A stretch of 64,000 bases of DNA from an uncultured Verrucomicrobiae bacterium. GTDB lineage: Bacteria; Verrucomicrobiota; Verrucomicrobiia; Limisphaerales; JAFGQR01. Numbering within the stretch: the first letter of the stretch is position 1; every line of letters begins with the position of its first letter. A program made the translations under genes and the position numbers. The stretch is taken from NCBI GenBank assembly GCA_963788655.1, contig CAWBHS010000008.1:25989-89988 (forward strand). Direction: 5' to 3'. This document shows, in pieces, positions 30,096-40,712 of the stretch. The notes beneath the pieces were generated by a model. It saw only the letters and a program-made list of their open reading frames with translations, did no database searches and was not told the DNA's origin.

Positions 30096-31575
30096 TTACC
30101 GCGGCTTCCCATTGAGCGGAGGTGATTGCTGGTGCCAGATTGTGGAGTGTTCGTAGGCATGCGCCAGGCGAAGCAAGCGTGGCTTCGTCGAAGGGTTTGC
30201 CCAAAAGCTGGAGGCCGATTGGCAGTTGAGGATTTTGCGTAAAGCCGCAAGGCAGGCTGAGGCCGCAAATACCCGCCAGATTGCACGACAGGGTGAAAAT
30301 GTCGGACAAATACATCTGCAGCGGGTCGCCGGATTTCTCCCCGATTTTGAAGGCCGGCGTTGGTGTCGTGGGAGTGAGGATGGCATCCACTTGGTCGAAC
30401 GCTTTCAGAAAATCCTGGCGGATCAGCGTGCGGACTTTTTGGGCGCGTAAATAATAGGCATCGTAGTAACCGCTGCTCAGCACGTAGGTGCCAAGCACAA
30501 TGCGCCGTTTGACTTCGGTGCCGAATCCGGCGCCGCGCGTTTTGGAATAGAGTTCGATGGGGTCTGCTCCATCCACCCGCAGGCCGTAGCGAATGCCATC
30601 AAACCGGGCGAGGTTGGCGCTCGCTTCGGCCGTGGCAATGATGTAGTAGGTCGCCACCGCGTATTCAGTGTGCGGCAGGGAGATTTCCCGAACTTCAGCG
30701 CCCAATTCCTCCATTTTCTTTACGGCGCTCTGGATGGCCTGGTTGACTTCGGGATCGATGCCGCTGATAAAATATTCCTTGGGCAAACCAAGCGTCACGC
30801 CCTTGAGGTGGTCCGTTAGAGCCGCAGTGTAATCCGGCACGGCTTGCGGCACGCTGGTGCTGTCCCGTTCGTCATGGCCGGCGAGAACGTTGAGCAAAGA
30901 CGCCGCATCCCGCGCGGTTTTGGTGACGGGACCAATCTGGTCCAAAGACGAGGCATAAGCCACCAGGCCGTAACGTGAAACGCGGCCATAGGTGGGTTTG
31001 AGACCGACGCAACCACAGAAGGCCGCCGGTTGGCGGATCGAACCGCCGGTGTCCGAGCCCAGACTGGCAATACACTCGTGAGCGGCCACGGCGGCGGCGG
31101 ATCCGCCCGACGAGCCGCCAGGAATGCGCGTCAAGTCCCACGGATTCCGCGTAATTCCGAACGCCGAGTTCTCCGTGGAACTGCCCATGGCAAACTCGTC
31201 CATATTCAGCCGGCCAAACACGACCGCACCCGCGGCTTTCAGCTTTTCAATGACGGTGGCGTCGTACGGCGAAATGAATTCACCCAGGATTTTGGAGCCG
31301 CAACTGAGGGGATGGTTTTTGACGGCGATGACATCCTTGATGGCAATCGGCACTCCGAGCAGGGGCTTGTCAGCCACGGTTTGGCCGGTAGCCAATTGCT
31401 GGTCCGCCGCATCCGCCTGGGCCAGGGCGTCATCAGCGTTCCAACTTAGGAAGGCGTGGATTTGTGAGTCCGTTCGCTGGATTTGGTTTAGACAGGCCTG
31501 TACGGTTTCGCGGGCCGAAACCTCACGCCGCGCCAGTTGGTTCGTCAACTCAGAAAGGGTCAGTTCGTTCAGCAT
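30096..31575 (-). CDS. gatA: Asp-tRNA(Asn)/Glu-tRNA(Gln) amidotransferase subunit A; frameshift near 30178
   Basis: [31 protein letters not shown]; shifted frame ends [26 protein letters not shown]. Confidence 0.95.
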
Positions 31576-31617
31576 TGGGGAAACGGTGCTCTGCGAAAAG
31601 TTCCAGCCAAAGAAGAG

Positions 31618-31905
31618 TTACTCGATGATTTTGGGCACGACAAAGAGTCCGTTCGCCTGGGCGGGGGCATTGCGCATGGCATCCTCATGCGGCAGCGAGG
31701 GCCGGGCCTGATCGGGGCGGGTAATATTCACCTGCGGCACGGCGTGGGCGGTAGGCTCGACTTGACTCACGTCCAATTGCTCGAGCTGGGCCATGTGTTC
31801 GAGGACGTGCCCCAGTTGGTCGGCGAATAGCCGTTCTTCTTCCGGGGTCAGGCTCAAGCGCGCCAAGTGCGCGACGTATTTGACATCAATCTGCGGAGCA
31901 GCCAT
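31618..31905 (-). CDS. gatC: Amidotransferase subunit C
   Basis: VKYVAHLARL...NAPAQANGLFVVPKIIE; directly upstream of gatA. Confidence 0.95.
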   Translation of the reverse strand: MAAPQIDVKYVAHLARLSLTPEEERLFADQLGHVLEHMAQLEQLDVSQVEPTAHAVPQVNITRPDQARPSLPHEDAMRNAPAQANGLFVVPKIIE

Positions 31906-31961
31906 GCGCGGAGCTTACGGATCCAGAGGGCAAAGCGGAAGCGGAAAGTCATGAACGTTGC

Positions 31962-32300
31962 CAGGGCTGTTCCAAGGTCCAGGAAGTGGGCCAGCGGCCA
32001 AGCGGATGACGTGCTGAAGCTGCCGGCTCATCGTGTCATGGAAGGTGGGAAAGGTGCGGTCCCGCTGGCGAGGTTGGTGCCGAGCCCAGGCCCGATACTC
32101 GCCTTGCACTGGGCGACGGAGGATCCCCAACCCGGTGACGGAGATGGGATGGCGGACCCGGCATCGATCCTCCTCGGCGCTCACGTCCAACGGATAATGA
32201 GTTCCGTTTTCAATGCTCCAATACCAGCGAACCAATTCCAACAAACGAGCCGCCTCAGCCTGCTCGCCGCTCCCCGCACCGCGTTGCCATCCAACACGAG
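31962..32300 (-). mobile_element. ISAs1-family transposase 3' remnant with one end
   Basis: RWYWSIENGTHYPLDVSAEEDRCR matches the ISAs1 HW.IEN.LH..LDV...ED..R pattern; CAGGGCTG end at 31962. Confidence 0.7.
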
Positions 32301-32434
32301 ACCCTGTTGTCCATAAAAATGTCCCGAAGCCCTTCAATCAAGCCTGGAAAGCAATTCGATGTCGGGAAGGTCAAAGAAGACGAGAAAACCCTTGAGAGCT
32401 TAATGTTTTCGTGCAAAACAGGGGGGCTGCAGGC

Positions 32435-32510
32435 TGGTAGGTTGGCGGGGACTCGAACCCCGGACCAACGGCTTAAAAGGCCGCTGCTCTACCGACTGAG
32501 CTACCAACCC
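32435..32510 (-). tRNA. tRNA-Lys(TTT)
   Basis: GGGTTGGTAGCTCAGTCGGTAGAGCAGCGGCCTTTTAAGCCGTTGGTCCGGGGTTCGAGTCCCCGCCAACCTACCA. Confidence 0.96.
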
Positions 32511-32650
32511 AACCGCAAAGGAGGCGAAACGTAAACAAACCTTCACCATCCTGCAAGCGATAATGCGCCAAAAATTGATGCCCGAAACTCTAACTCCAAA
32601 TTCGCAAACGTTTTCAAGGCAGAGATCGCCAAGAAGGTTCGCCACCATGG

Positions 32651-33781
32651 TCAGGCTTGGTTGAAGAACTTGCGGATGGTCGCAACGACGTAATCCACTT
32701 GGCCGTCGGTCAATTCCGGATACATGGGGAGCGGCAGGATGCGGCGTGAAACGGATTCGGCCACCGGCAGGTCGCCCGCGTGGTAACCCAAATCGGCATA
32801 GACTTTTTGCAGATGCAGCGGCCAGGGATAGTAAATGATGGTGGAAACGCCGTGGACGTCCAAATGCTTTTGGAGCGCATCACGTTGCTCAGTGAGCAGC
32901 GCATAAACGTGATAGACATGCGTGTTGCCAGGGGCGGTGACCGGACATGCGACAGGTAAACCAGCCAGCCCGGTATCGTAACGTGTGGCGATCTCCACCC
33001 TCCGCGCGTTCCAGGGGGGGAGGTGCGGGAGCTTGATCCGCAATATCGCGGCCTGGAGTTCATCCAACCGGGAGTTGTAGCCGTGCAGGTCGTGACAATA
33101 ACGGCGTTCGATGCCGTGGACACGCAGCATGCGCAATTCCCGCGCCAGGGATTCCTCTTGAGTGACGACCATTCCACCATCGCCGTCGGCGCCCAGGTTC
33201 TTGGTGGGATAAAAGCTAAAGCATCCCAGGCGTCCCATGCTGCCCACCGGTTGGCCATGGTGCGTGGCGCCGATGGCTTGGGCGCAGTCTTCGACGATTT
33301 GAATATCACGGGGAGCGGCCAACGCCATGAGTTCGCGAACGGGCGCTGCCTGCCCAAACAAATGGACGGGGATGATGGCGCGGGTTCGATCAGTAATCTT
33401 CCGCGCTACCTCGGTCGGATTGAGGTTGAACGTGCGCGGGTCAATGTCCGCAAAAACCACCCGAGCCCCCACTTGATGAATGGCTTCCGCCGGAGCGATG
33501 TAGGTGAACGGCGTGGTGATGACTTCGTCGCCCGGCCGGATATCCAAGGCGCGTAAGGCCAGGGTCAAGGCATCGGAACCGGAGTTTACACCCACACCGA
33601 AACGGGCCCCGGTAAACTGCGCGATCGCTTGCTCGAACGCGGCGAGGTTGGGTCCCAGAATATAATGTCCGCTGGCGAGAACTTGTTCAACGGCAGGCAA
33701 CAGTTCGCTTTTCAACGTAGCGTGTTGCGCCGCGAGGTTCAGAAAAGGAACTTGCACGGAAGAGTCAGCGCGACCGGCCAT
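32651..33781 (-). CDS. DegT/DnrJ/EryC1/StrS-family PLP aminotransferase
   Basis: PVHLFG, EDCAQA, FSFYPTKNLG..GDGG, NSRLDELQAA. Confidence 0.93.
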   Translation of the reverse strand: MAGRADSSVQVPFLNLAAQHATLKSELLPAVEQVLASGHYILGPNLAAFEQAIAQFTGARFGVGVNSGSDALTLALRALDIRPGDEVITTPFTYIAPAEAIHQVGARVVFADIDPRTFNLNPTEVARKITDRTRAIIPVHLFGQAAPVRELMALAAPRDIQIVEDCAQAIGATHHGQPVGSMGRLGCFSFYPTKNLGADGDGGMVVTQEESLARELRMLRVHGIERRYCHDLHGYNSRLDELQAAILRIKLPHLPPWNARRVEIATRYDTGLAGLPVACPVTAPGNTHVYHVYALLTEQRDALQKHLDVHGVSTIIYYPWPLHLQKVYADLGYHAGDLPVAESVSRRILPLPMYPELTDGQVDYVVATIRKFFNQA

Positions 33782-34582
33782 TCACTTGGCGGACGAGGCC
33801 CGGTACAGTGCCTCGGCTTCCGGCATCCATTGCTTGAGCTGTTCGATGCGTTTTGCGTCCAAGGGGTGCGTGCGCAGAAAAGCGGGAGTTTGGTTGCCGC
33901 CCTGTTCTTTGCTGTACACGGCAAAGCGTTCCCAGAAACTGACGGCTTCATGAGGATCGTAGCCCGCCTTGGCCATGTATTCGAGCCCAATGTGATCGGC
34001 TTCAGACTCCTGGACGCGGCTGAAGGGTAACAGGAAACCGGCTTGCGCACCGAAGCCGTAAAGCCCGTTCCAAATTGACTGGGTCTTGGGATCTTTGGTC
34101 GAAAGCGCCGAAGTGAGTGCTTCACTGCCCATCTGGGCGATCATGTTCTGGCTCATGCGTTCGGCGCCGTGGTGCGCCGTGGCGTGCGCGATTTCGTGGC
34201 CGAGCACCGTAGCCAGGCCGGCTTCGTTTTTCGTGATGGGCAGAATCCCCGTATAGACGCCCACTTTGCCGCCCGGCAAACAAAAGGCGTTGGCTTCCGG
34301 GCTTTCAAACAGCACAAACTCCCATTGAGCATTGGGCAGGTCCACCACCGCGGCGATCCGTTTGCCGACCTTTTCCACCAGGGCATTTCCCGCCGGATCT
34401 TTGCTGATGGGCACTTCCTGCTTCATTTGCTGGAAGGTGGACAAGCCCAATTGCGTGGCCTGTTCATTGGAAACCAGCATGAGTTGATGGCGGCCCGTTT
34501 CGTTGACGGTGGTACAGCCGGAGATCCCTAGCAAAAGCATTCCGGCCAGGAGGGTGGTGGCGAGCAAGCGCAGCGTTTTCAT
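33782..34582 (-). CDS. M48-family metallopeptidase lipoprotein
   Basis: Lipobox ISGC; NAFCLPGGK, HEIAH, QESEAD, THP. Confidence 0.92.
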   Translation of the reverse strand: MKTLRLLATTLLAGMLLLGISGCTTVNETGRHQLMLVSNEQATQLGLSTFQQMKQEVPISKDPAGNALVEKVGKRIAAVVDLPNAQWEFVLFESPEANAFCLPGGKVGVYTGILPITKNEAGLATVLGHEIAHATAHHGAERMSQNMIAQMGSEALTSALSTKDPKTQSIWNGLYGFGAQAGFLLPFSRVQESEADHIGLEYMAKAGYDPHEAVSFWERFAVYSKEQGGNQTPAFLRTHPLDAKRIEQLKQWMPEAEALYRASSAK

Positions 34583-34674
34583 GGCGCAATCCAAGCATAA
34601 CCGGTTACTGCCGGCAAGTCCCGTGAGTGCCTCATCGGTGCCTTTTTTTTGCCGCGAAAAGGCTCCGGAGCAGT

Positions 34675-35865
34675 TCACTTAGAAGCATTTTCGGCGCGCA
34701 ATGGCTGGCTGGTAATGAGCCCGATGCCGCGTCCTTTGTTTCCGACCGCGCAGTAGTATAAATAAAACGTGTCATTCTTCGGATTGTAAACGAGCGAGAT
34801 CTTGTGGGCATACGTTTTATCGAGACCACTGGGATTGCCTCCGGCGCGGTAAAGCGGCTCCGGATCCTGGGTCCAGTGCCGCAGGTCACGCGAAAAGGCC
34901 ACCATGATGTGGGCCCCGCCCCGGCCGACTCCAAAGTAAAACATGATCCAATGATCGCCATCGCGGAAGACCTTCGGGTCCGAGCAGAATCGTTCGTCAA
35001 AGCCGCCGGGTGTGTTGCGGATCACGGGATTGTTCGTGTAGCGCTGCCAGTTCATCAGGTTGGTTGAAAACGCCAGGCCGCTTTGTTCGACAGAACCATG
35101 GGCGGCATTGTAGAAATCGTAGAACTGTCCTTGATCCTCAACCAGCCAGGGTTGGTAAATGCAGTCTTTTTCCCACGGGCCACAATCCGCATCGTGGACC
35201 GACAAAATGTAAGTCGGCTTCGCCCGTTTCCAATCCAGGCCATCTGTGCTGCACGCGACTCCTTCGTAGCCAGGGCGCAATTCATAACCGCCCTGGCGAG
35301 GGTAAGCGCCGTACAACGACCAATACTTGCCGGCGCGTTGCTTCAAGAGCCGAGGGGCCTTGATCGCGTAGGAGGTGTAGAGGTAAGCGCCCAACACACT
35401 GCCACCATGATCAAATTCGCCTTGGGGACCGAAGCCCATGGCCAGGCGCGGCTTGAGCCAATGCAACAAGTCGGTGCTCTCGGCGATGAACGAGTTGTAG
35501 CCGTGGCCGTCAAAGGCAATGAACGACATGTACCAACGGTCATCGCCGGGTCGTTGGAAGACGGTGGGCACGTCCGTATTCTTGAACTGTTCGCAGCCTT
35601 TGATTTTTGGCTCGGCGGCAATCACGTGGTCCGGATAATAGTGCCAGTGCCGGTAGGGAGCGGACCATTGCTTCAGCAGGGAACTCCCGATCGCTGCCGC
35701 AAACACCGCGTGACCGGGAGCAGCCAGCAGGGCAGCGGCAATCCACCCATTGGCAAGCCCTCGTCTTATGCCACGGTGCCACGCGCCAGCGCATCGGAAG
35801 CAACAAGTTCTGGATTTGCGCGAAGTCTGCGCCGTCGCCAACAAGGTGGAGAGTCTTGAGAACAT
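34675..35865 (-). CDS. Five-bladed beta-propeller glycosidase-like protein (GH43/32/130-like fold)
   Basis: Repeated S.DL..W blades, CSDPKV, YQPWL; start uncertain. Confidence 0.6.
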   Translation of the reverse strand: MFSRLSTLLATAQTSRKSRTCCFRCAGAWHRGIRRGLANGWIAAALLAAPGHAVFAAAIGSSLLKQWSAPYRHWHYYPDHVIAAEPKIKGCEQFKNTDVPTVFQRPGDDRWYMSFIAFDGHGYNSFIAESTDLLHWLKPRLAMGFGPQGEFDHGGSVLGAYLYTSYAIKAPRLLKQRAGKYWSLYGAYPRQGGYELRPGYEGVACSTDGLDWKRAKPTYILSVHDADCGPWEKDCIYQPWLVEDQGQFYDFYNAAHGSVEQSGLAFSTNLMNWQRYTNNPVIRNTPGGFDERFCSDPKVFRDGDHWIMFYFGVGRGGAHIMVAFSRDLRHWTQDPEPLYRAGGNPSGLDKTYAHKISLVYNPKNDTFYLYYCAVGNKGRGIGLITSQPLRAENASK

Positions 35866-36189
35866 GATCGCTGTTTCCTGAACGCCAACTTCACCGGTTA
35901 TTCATTTCGGAGTCTGGCCATCCTAGAACGGTCAACATCGCGGTGAACCGCTGTGCGCCGTTTCGTCCTTGCCAGACCCAAGTCCGGTTTTAGCAATCCA
36001 AGTAAGCTAAGAATTACCGGCTTATGAAAGGAAGCACCGAGAGCGCTATTACTTCGCCAATGGCCGAGAAAAACAAGATAAAAGTGCAGGAAATCTGGGA
36101 TCAGTGTTTATGCCCGGTGAAGCAATTCCAGTGTCCACTGCATCCTGGCATTTCTGCGTCGCCCGGGCGGAGGACTGAACCGCGCCGGC

Positions 36190-37689
36190 TCAGTACACTT
36201 TGCGCAAATTTGAAGGCAGAATGTTGAGTTCGGAACGGTATTTGGCCACGGTGCGACGAGCGATGACGATGCCTTTATCGGCCAGCATCCGCACGACTTC
36301 CTGATCGGAGAGCGGTTTGGTGGGCTCTTCGTTGCTGAACATGTCCGCGATCATGTCTTTCACGCTGGTATTGGACATGCCTTCGCCACTTGAGGTCTGA
36401 ATCCCCGACGTGAAGAAGTATTTCATCTCGAAGATGCCTTGCGGAGTTTGCATGTATTTGCCGGAAACCGCGCGGCTGACAGTGGTCTCATGCACTCCCA
36501 CGACCTCGGCCACCTGGACCATGGTCAACGGCTTGAGGAAGGCCACCCCGTTGTCCATAAACTCGTGTTGGCGGTGGACGATTTCCTTGGCAATGTTCAG
36601 GATCGTTTGTTGGCGTTGCTGGAGACTCTTGATCAGGAATTTGCCGGCTCGGATCTTTTCCCGGATGTAATCGCGCACTTCGGTCGAGCTGTCGGCCTGC
36701 GACATGATGTCCTTGTAGGTATTGCTGATCCGCAGGTGCGGCACCTGATCGTTGTTGGTCGTCACCACAAATTCTCCGTCCACCTTGCTCACAAAGACCT
36801 CGGGGAGGATGTATTGGTCGTTATCAGGCAAGAAAGACCGGCCCGGTCGCGGTTCCAGTTGGGCGATCCGTTTCAAGGCATCCTGCACTTCGTCCGTGCT
36901 TCGTCCGGTGCCGCGGGCCAGTTCCGGAATCCGCCGTTTGCCGAGGGCCTCCATGTGGTCCCGAATGATCTGGTATTCGAGCGAATTCTGGCGCCCGGTC
37001 CGATCCAACTGCAACATGAGACACTCCCGCAAATCACGCGCGCCCACTCCCGGCGGATGAAACGTCTGGATGACTTGGAGAACTTCCTGAATGCGGTCGG
37101 GTTCGATGTTGGTCGCAAAGGCAAGTTCCTCGACGTTGGCCTTGAGGTAGCCGTAGTCATCAATGTTGCCGATGATCATCTCCGCCACCGGCCATTGGGC
37201 TTCGGTGATTTCGGACAAGCGCGCCTGCTCGAGCAGGTTTTCCTGCAGCGATGTGCCGGTCACCAGAGAATCGAACATGAACTGGCGTTTCTCTTCTTCC
37301 TCCTCCGACTGGCGCAACGGGATATTGGTCTGTGAAAAATGATCGCGCCATTCCTGGTCCAGTTGCGTCAACCGCTCGAACTCCGCTTGGAAATCGTCCA
37401 CCGGATCATTCGAGGGCTTCTCCGAAGCCGGATCAAAGTTCACGTCGGCGGGAGGTTCGGCCGGGTCCGCTGGATTGGCCGCCGGTTCACCCTCCCGGCT
37501 GTTCTTGGCCGCCAGTTCCATTTCTTCAATGGCGATTTCTTCCAAAACGGGATTTTGCTGAAGCTCCTGCTCCACCAAAGCTTTGAGTTCCAGAGTGGGC
37601 GCCTGCAACAACGCCAGCGATTGTTGCAATTGGGGCGCCAGCACCTGCTGCAACGACATCTGTTGTTTCAAATACAGGCCCTGTGCCAT
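36190..37689 (-). CDS. rpoN: RNA polymerase sigma-54 factor
   Basis: PQLQQSLALLQ, HETTVSRAV, ARRTVAKYR RpoN box. Confidence 0.97.
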   Translation of the reverse strand: MAQGLYLKQQMSLQQVLAPQLQQSLALLQAPTLELKALVEQELQQNPVLEEIAIEEMELAAKNSREGEPAANPADPAEPPADVNFDPASEKPSNDPVDDFQAEFERLTQLDQEWRDHFSQTNIPLRQSEEEEEKRQFMFDSLVTGTSLQENLLEQARLSEITEAQWPVAEMIIGNIDDYGYLKANVEELAFATNIEPDRIQEVLQVIQTFHPPGVGARDLRECLMLQLDRTGRQNSLEYQIIRDHMEALGKRRIPELARGTGRSTDEVQDALKRIAQLEPRPGRSFLPDNDQYILPEVFVSKVDGEFVVTTNNDQVPHLRISNTYKDIMSQADSSTEVRDYIREKIRAGKFLIKSLQQRQQTILNIAKEIVHRQHEFMDNGVAFLKPLTMVQVAEVVGVHETTVSRAVSGKYMQTPQGIFEMKYFFTSGIQTSSGEGMSNTSVKDMIADMFSNEEPTKPLSDQEVVRMLADKGIVIARRTVAKYRSELNILPSNLRKVY

Positions 37690-37732
37690 GCCGGCATTAA
37701 GAGCCATCCTCGTAAAGAACACAAGGAATAAT

Positions 37733-37749
37733 TCGGCACAATCACTGCT
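37733..37749 (+). promoter_or_regulatory. Putative sigma-54 -24/-12 site antisense to rpoN
   Basis: TCGGCACAATCACTGCT: GG-N10-GC spacing, 45-60 bp upstream of the rpoN start. Confidence 0.45.
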
Positions 37750-37892
37750 TTTGAGATTTGGTGCCAAAAAACCTTGCCCCCCGTGCCGTGCAGGTATTTC
37801 ACGGAAATCGCCCAAACGGGTGAAGCGTTGCCGGGCGCAAGCGGCGCAAATTGACTCGGTTTCCCCTCTTCAACCCAGCACCCTTCATCCCG

Positions 37893-38111
37893 TCACCGTT
37901 GCCGGAAGGTGATGCGCGCTTTGGTCAGATCATAGGGGGTTAATTGGACTTCCACTTTGTCGCCCACGCTGATCCGGATGAAATGCTTCCGCATCTTTCC
38001 GGAGATATGGGAGAGCACTTCATGTCCGTTGGGCAACGCCACCCGAAACATCGTACCAGGTAACACCTGCGTTACCGTACCCTGTAATTCAATCGGTTCT
38101 TCTTTTGCCAC
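37893..38111 (-). CDS. infA: Translation initiation factor IF-1
   Basis: GTG start; (M)[12 protein letters not shown]...[17 protein letters not shown]...[12 protein letters not shown]. Confidence 0.97.
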   Translation of the reverse strand: MAKEEPIELQGTVTQVLPGTMFRVALPNGHEVLSHISGKMRKHFIRISVGDKVEVQLTPYDLTKARITFRQR

Positions 38112-38484
38112 AAGACTCAAGAAAATCCACGCTACTATGTCCATCTTGACGAGGCTGAGCCAGTCACTTTTCTCTGCCAGCCAAGGCGGTGAAAATGCTC
38201 AGACAACCTTCCGAAAGCAAGCAATTTCCCCATGGCCGGACGAGGAAATAAATCCGAAGAACGCCAAAATCCGAAAGAAAACCAGCATCGCGAGCGCCGA
38301 GTATTCCAGACAATCTCCGTTTGATCCGGCTCGCTTAACTGGCCCAAGCGCCGGCGAATGCGGGGCGTGGTCGGGAAGATTTGCCATTCGGTCCTTCGGA
38401 TTCCGATTTTTGGATGTCGGCCTTCCGGATTTCTGAGAATGTCATTGAGCGCTCGAATGGAGCGGACTAAAGTCCCCGGCATTT

Positions 38485-38793
38485 ATGAAGAGCAATTCCT
38501 TGCTGGCGGTATTGGTCGGCGCCTTGTGCGTGTGCGGCCTGGTGACCTTGTGGATCTCAGTTCGGTATTACTTTCTGGTCAAAGAACTCGAAGGACTACA
38601 AGGGCAAATCTTGATCGTGAACCGGACCCGTAGCGCGGCCCAATCACTCGCCTACGAAGCCGTGGGGTACGGTCGGTCGCATCCGGCCATTGTTCCCGTG
38701 CTCGAACGCTTCGCGCTCACTCCCCAATCGAGTTCGACCAATGCGCCGGCGTCACCGCAAGCCAACGCCACCAATCCTCCGCCCTCCCGATAG
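38485..38793 (+). CDS. Small membrane-anchored hypothetical protein
   Basis: N-terminal hydrophobic helix, helical middle, Pro-rich tail. Confidence 0.65.
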   Translation: MKSNSLLAVLVGALCVCGLVTLWISVRYYFLVKELEGLQGQILIVNRTRSAAQSLAYEAVGYGRSHPAIVPVLERFALTPQSSSTNAPASPQANATNPPPSR

Positions 38794-38796
38794 CCT

Positions 38797-39240
38797 ATGG
38801 ACCTTTTCGAACCGCGAGCCGAATCCGTCAATCCTCCGTCGCCCAAACCACCGGCGGACTCCGGCGAGGCCGACGCCGTTTGGGCCCATATCAACAAATT
38901 GCAAACGACCCTGGCCGCGGCCCTGGTTGCGTTGATCTTCTTGAGCTTGGGAATAATCTTGTTCATGGGCAAACAAATGACCAACGTCAATGCCCGTTTG
39001 CAGGCTGACCGCGAAAGTGCCCAACAGACTTTTACTGAGTTTCAGAAAACGGTGTCTCCAAAAATACTAAGCTTCGTCCGTGCGCTGCAGGCGTTTGCCG
39101 CCACCAATCAAAGTTTTGCCCCGGTCATGGACAAATATCGTCCGGTGCTGGGCGGCTATTTTGCTCCCATCGCTCCGGTGATCCCACGCGCCGGTTCCAA
39201 CGCGCCCCCGCCGCGAGTGACTGCGCCGCCCGCCAAGTAA
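38797..39240 (+). CDS. Membrane-anchored hypothetical protein
   Basis: Starts 3 bp after the previous stop; TM helix, helical middle, Pro-rich tail. Confidence 0.65.
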   Translation: MDLFEPRAESVNPPSPKPPADSGEADAVWAHINKLQTTLAAALVALIFLSLGIILFMGKQMTNVNARLQADRESAQQTFTEFQKTVSPKILSFVRALQAFAATNQSFAPVMDKYRPVLGGYFAPIAPVIPRAGSNAPPPRVTAPPAK

Positions 39241-39395
39241 ACGTGCCAGCGACGACGCGGTAACTTCCCCTGGCGAACTTGGCACGGATAGTTTCCCAAC
39301 CCCAATGAAACTGATGAACCGGCCTCCTGCTCCCGGGAGGTCAGGCGCACTTTTTCATTGCCGGCAGGCGGGGGATCTTGAGTGCATCAGCCCGC

Positions 39396-40344
39396 ATGAA
39401 TGAATTTGTCACGGTCCTGGGCGCAGTCGTGCCGGTCTTTGCCGTTGTGGGCGTGGGGTTCGCTTTGCGGAAGCTGAACTGGCTTTCCGAAGAAGCGGAT
39501 CAAAGCTTGCTCCGGTTGACCATCAACCTGCTGTATCCGTGCCTGATCCTTGATGCGGTTTCCGGCAGTCCGGTCCTCCGAAATTGGAGCAACTTGACCT
39601 TGGCGCCGTTGGTGGGATTGAGCACGTTTGCCTTGGGCCTCTTCCTGGCGAAATTCCTGCACCGGGCCACCGGGCTGCCAACCATGAAGGCTGGGCGAAC
39701 CTTCGCCCTCACTACCGGACTGTACCAATTACGGTTTCATTCCCATCCCGCTGGCGATGCTGTTGTTCGGAAATGAAACCGTTAGCGTGTTGTTCGTTCA
39801 TAACGTGGGCGTGGAACTGGGCTTGTGGACCCTCGGGCTGATGGTCTTGTCCGGGCAGGGCCTGCAAGGCGACTGGAAGCGAATCATCAATGCGCCGCTG
39901 GTGGCCATTCTCCTGGCATTGTTCCTGAACTTCAGCGGGCTGTATGCCCATCTGCCCCAAGTCGCGATCAACACTCTCGGGCTGCTGGCGCAATGTGCGA
40001 TTCCGGTGTCGTTGTTGTTTATTGGAGCCACGGTGGCGGACCATCTGGCTGGATTCCATTCGTGGTCTGGTTGGCGCGTCATTGGGGTGGCGGTGCTGCT
40101 GCGCCTGGGGGTGTTGCCGATGTGCTTTCTGCTCCTGGCCCGGTTCCTCCCCGCTTCAATTGAATTGAAACGGGTGATCGTGCTCGAAGCCGCCATGCCT
40201 TCGGCGGTGTTTCCCATTGTGATGGTCAAGCATTATGGCGGCGATACGCCCACGGCCATGCGCGTCGTGATCGGCACTTCGGCGCTCAGCCTGATCACCA
40301 TTCCGTTCTGGATCCGGTTCGGCCTGCATTTTGTGGGGCTTTAG
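39396..40344 (+). CDS. AEC (auxin efflux carrier) family transporter; frameshift near 39730
   Basis: Multi-TM; NYGF.PIP region split by the frameshift; NAPL.A, AAMPSA. Confidence 0.85.
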
Positions 40345-40528
40345 CCGTATCGATTCAATTCAACCACGAATGGACACGAATAAACACAAATACAGATTGA
40401 GACTCTGATCGGGTGTTGAACGAAAACAACCGGTCACCAAACGGTGATTCATGCTTCAACGGAAAACGGCTCGCTTGCTCCTGCCATTCGCGTTAATTCG
40501 TGGTTTTCTTCCTGCATGGCTGCTTAGC
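40343..40528. repeat. Intergenic inverted-repeat element between convergent genes
   Basis: aaccacgaatggacacgaataaacac ... attcgcgttaattcgtggtt; left flank gccgtatc.attca is shared with 57221. Confidence 0.6.
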
Positions 40529-40712
40529 AGGCAGTGCGGGAGTTCAAGAACCACCTCATGGCTCCCAAGTTGGGAGCCGTTGCTTCGGACTCATGGAGAT
40601 TGAATCCAATTTATGCGCAATTTCAGAAGGACGAAGCAAAAGCAGCTTTCGTTTCGATCTATGACGGAACGATCAAGTTCGGATTCCGACCATTGGATTT
40701 GCCGCCGGCTGT

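Noticed and set aside
30160..30200. Programmed ribosomal frameshifting in gatA and other split genes
   Set aside because: No shared slippery motif; breaks occur at scattered positions in unrelated genes, which fits sequencing indels better.
40590..40690. DUF4160-like toxin fragment (PIYAQFQKDEAKAAFVSIYDGTI)
   Set aside because: Too short and degenerate, with no start codon or partner gene; cannot be supported without a search.
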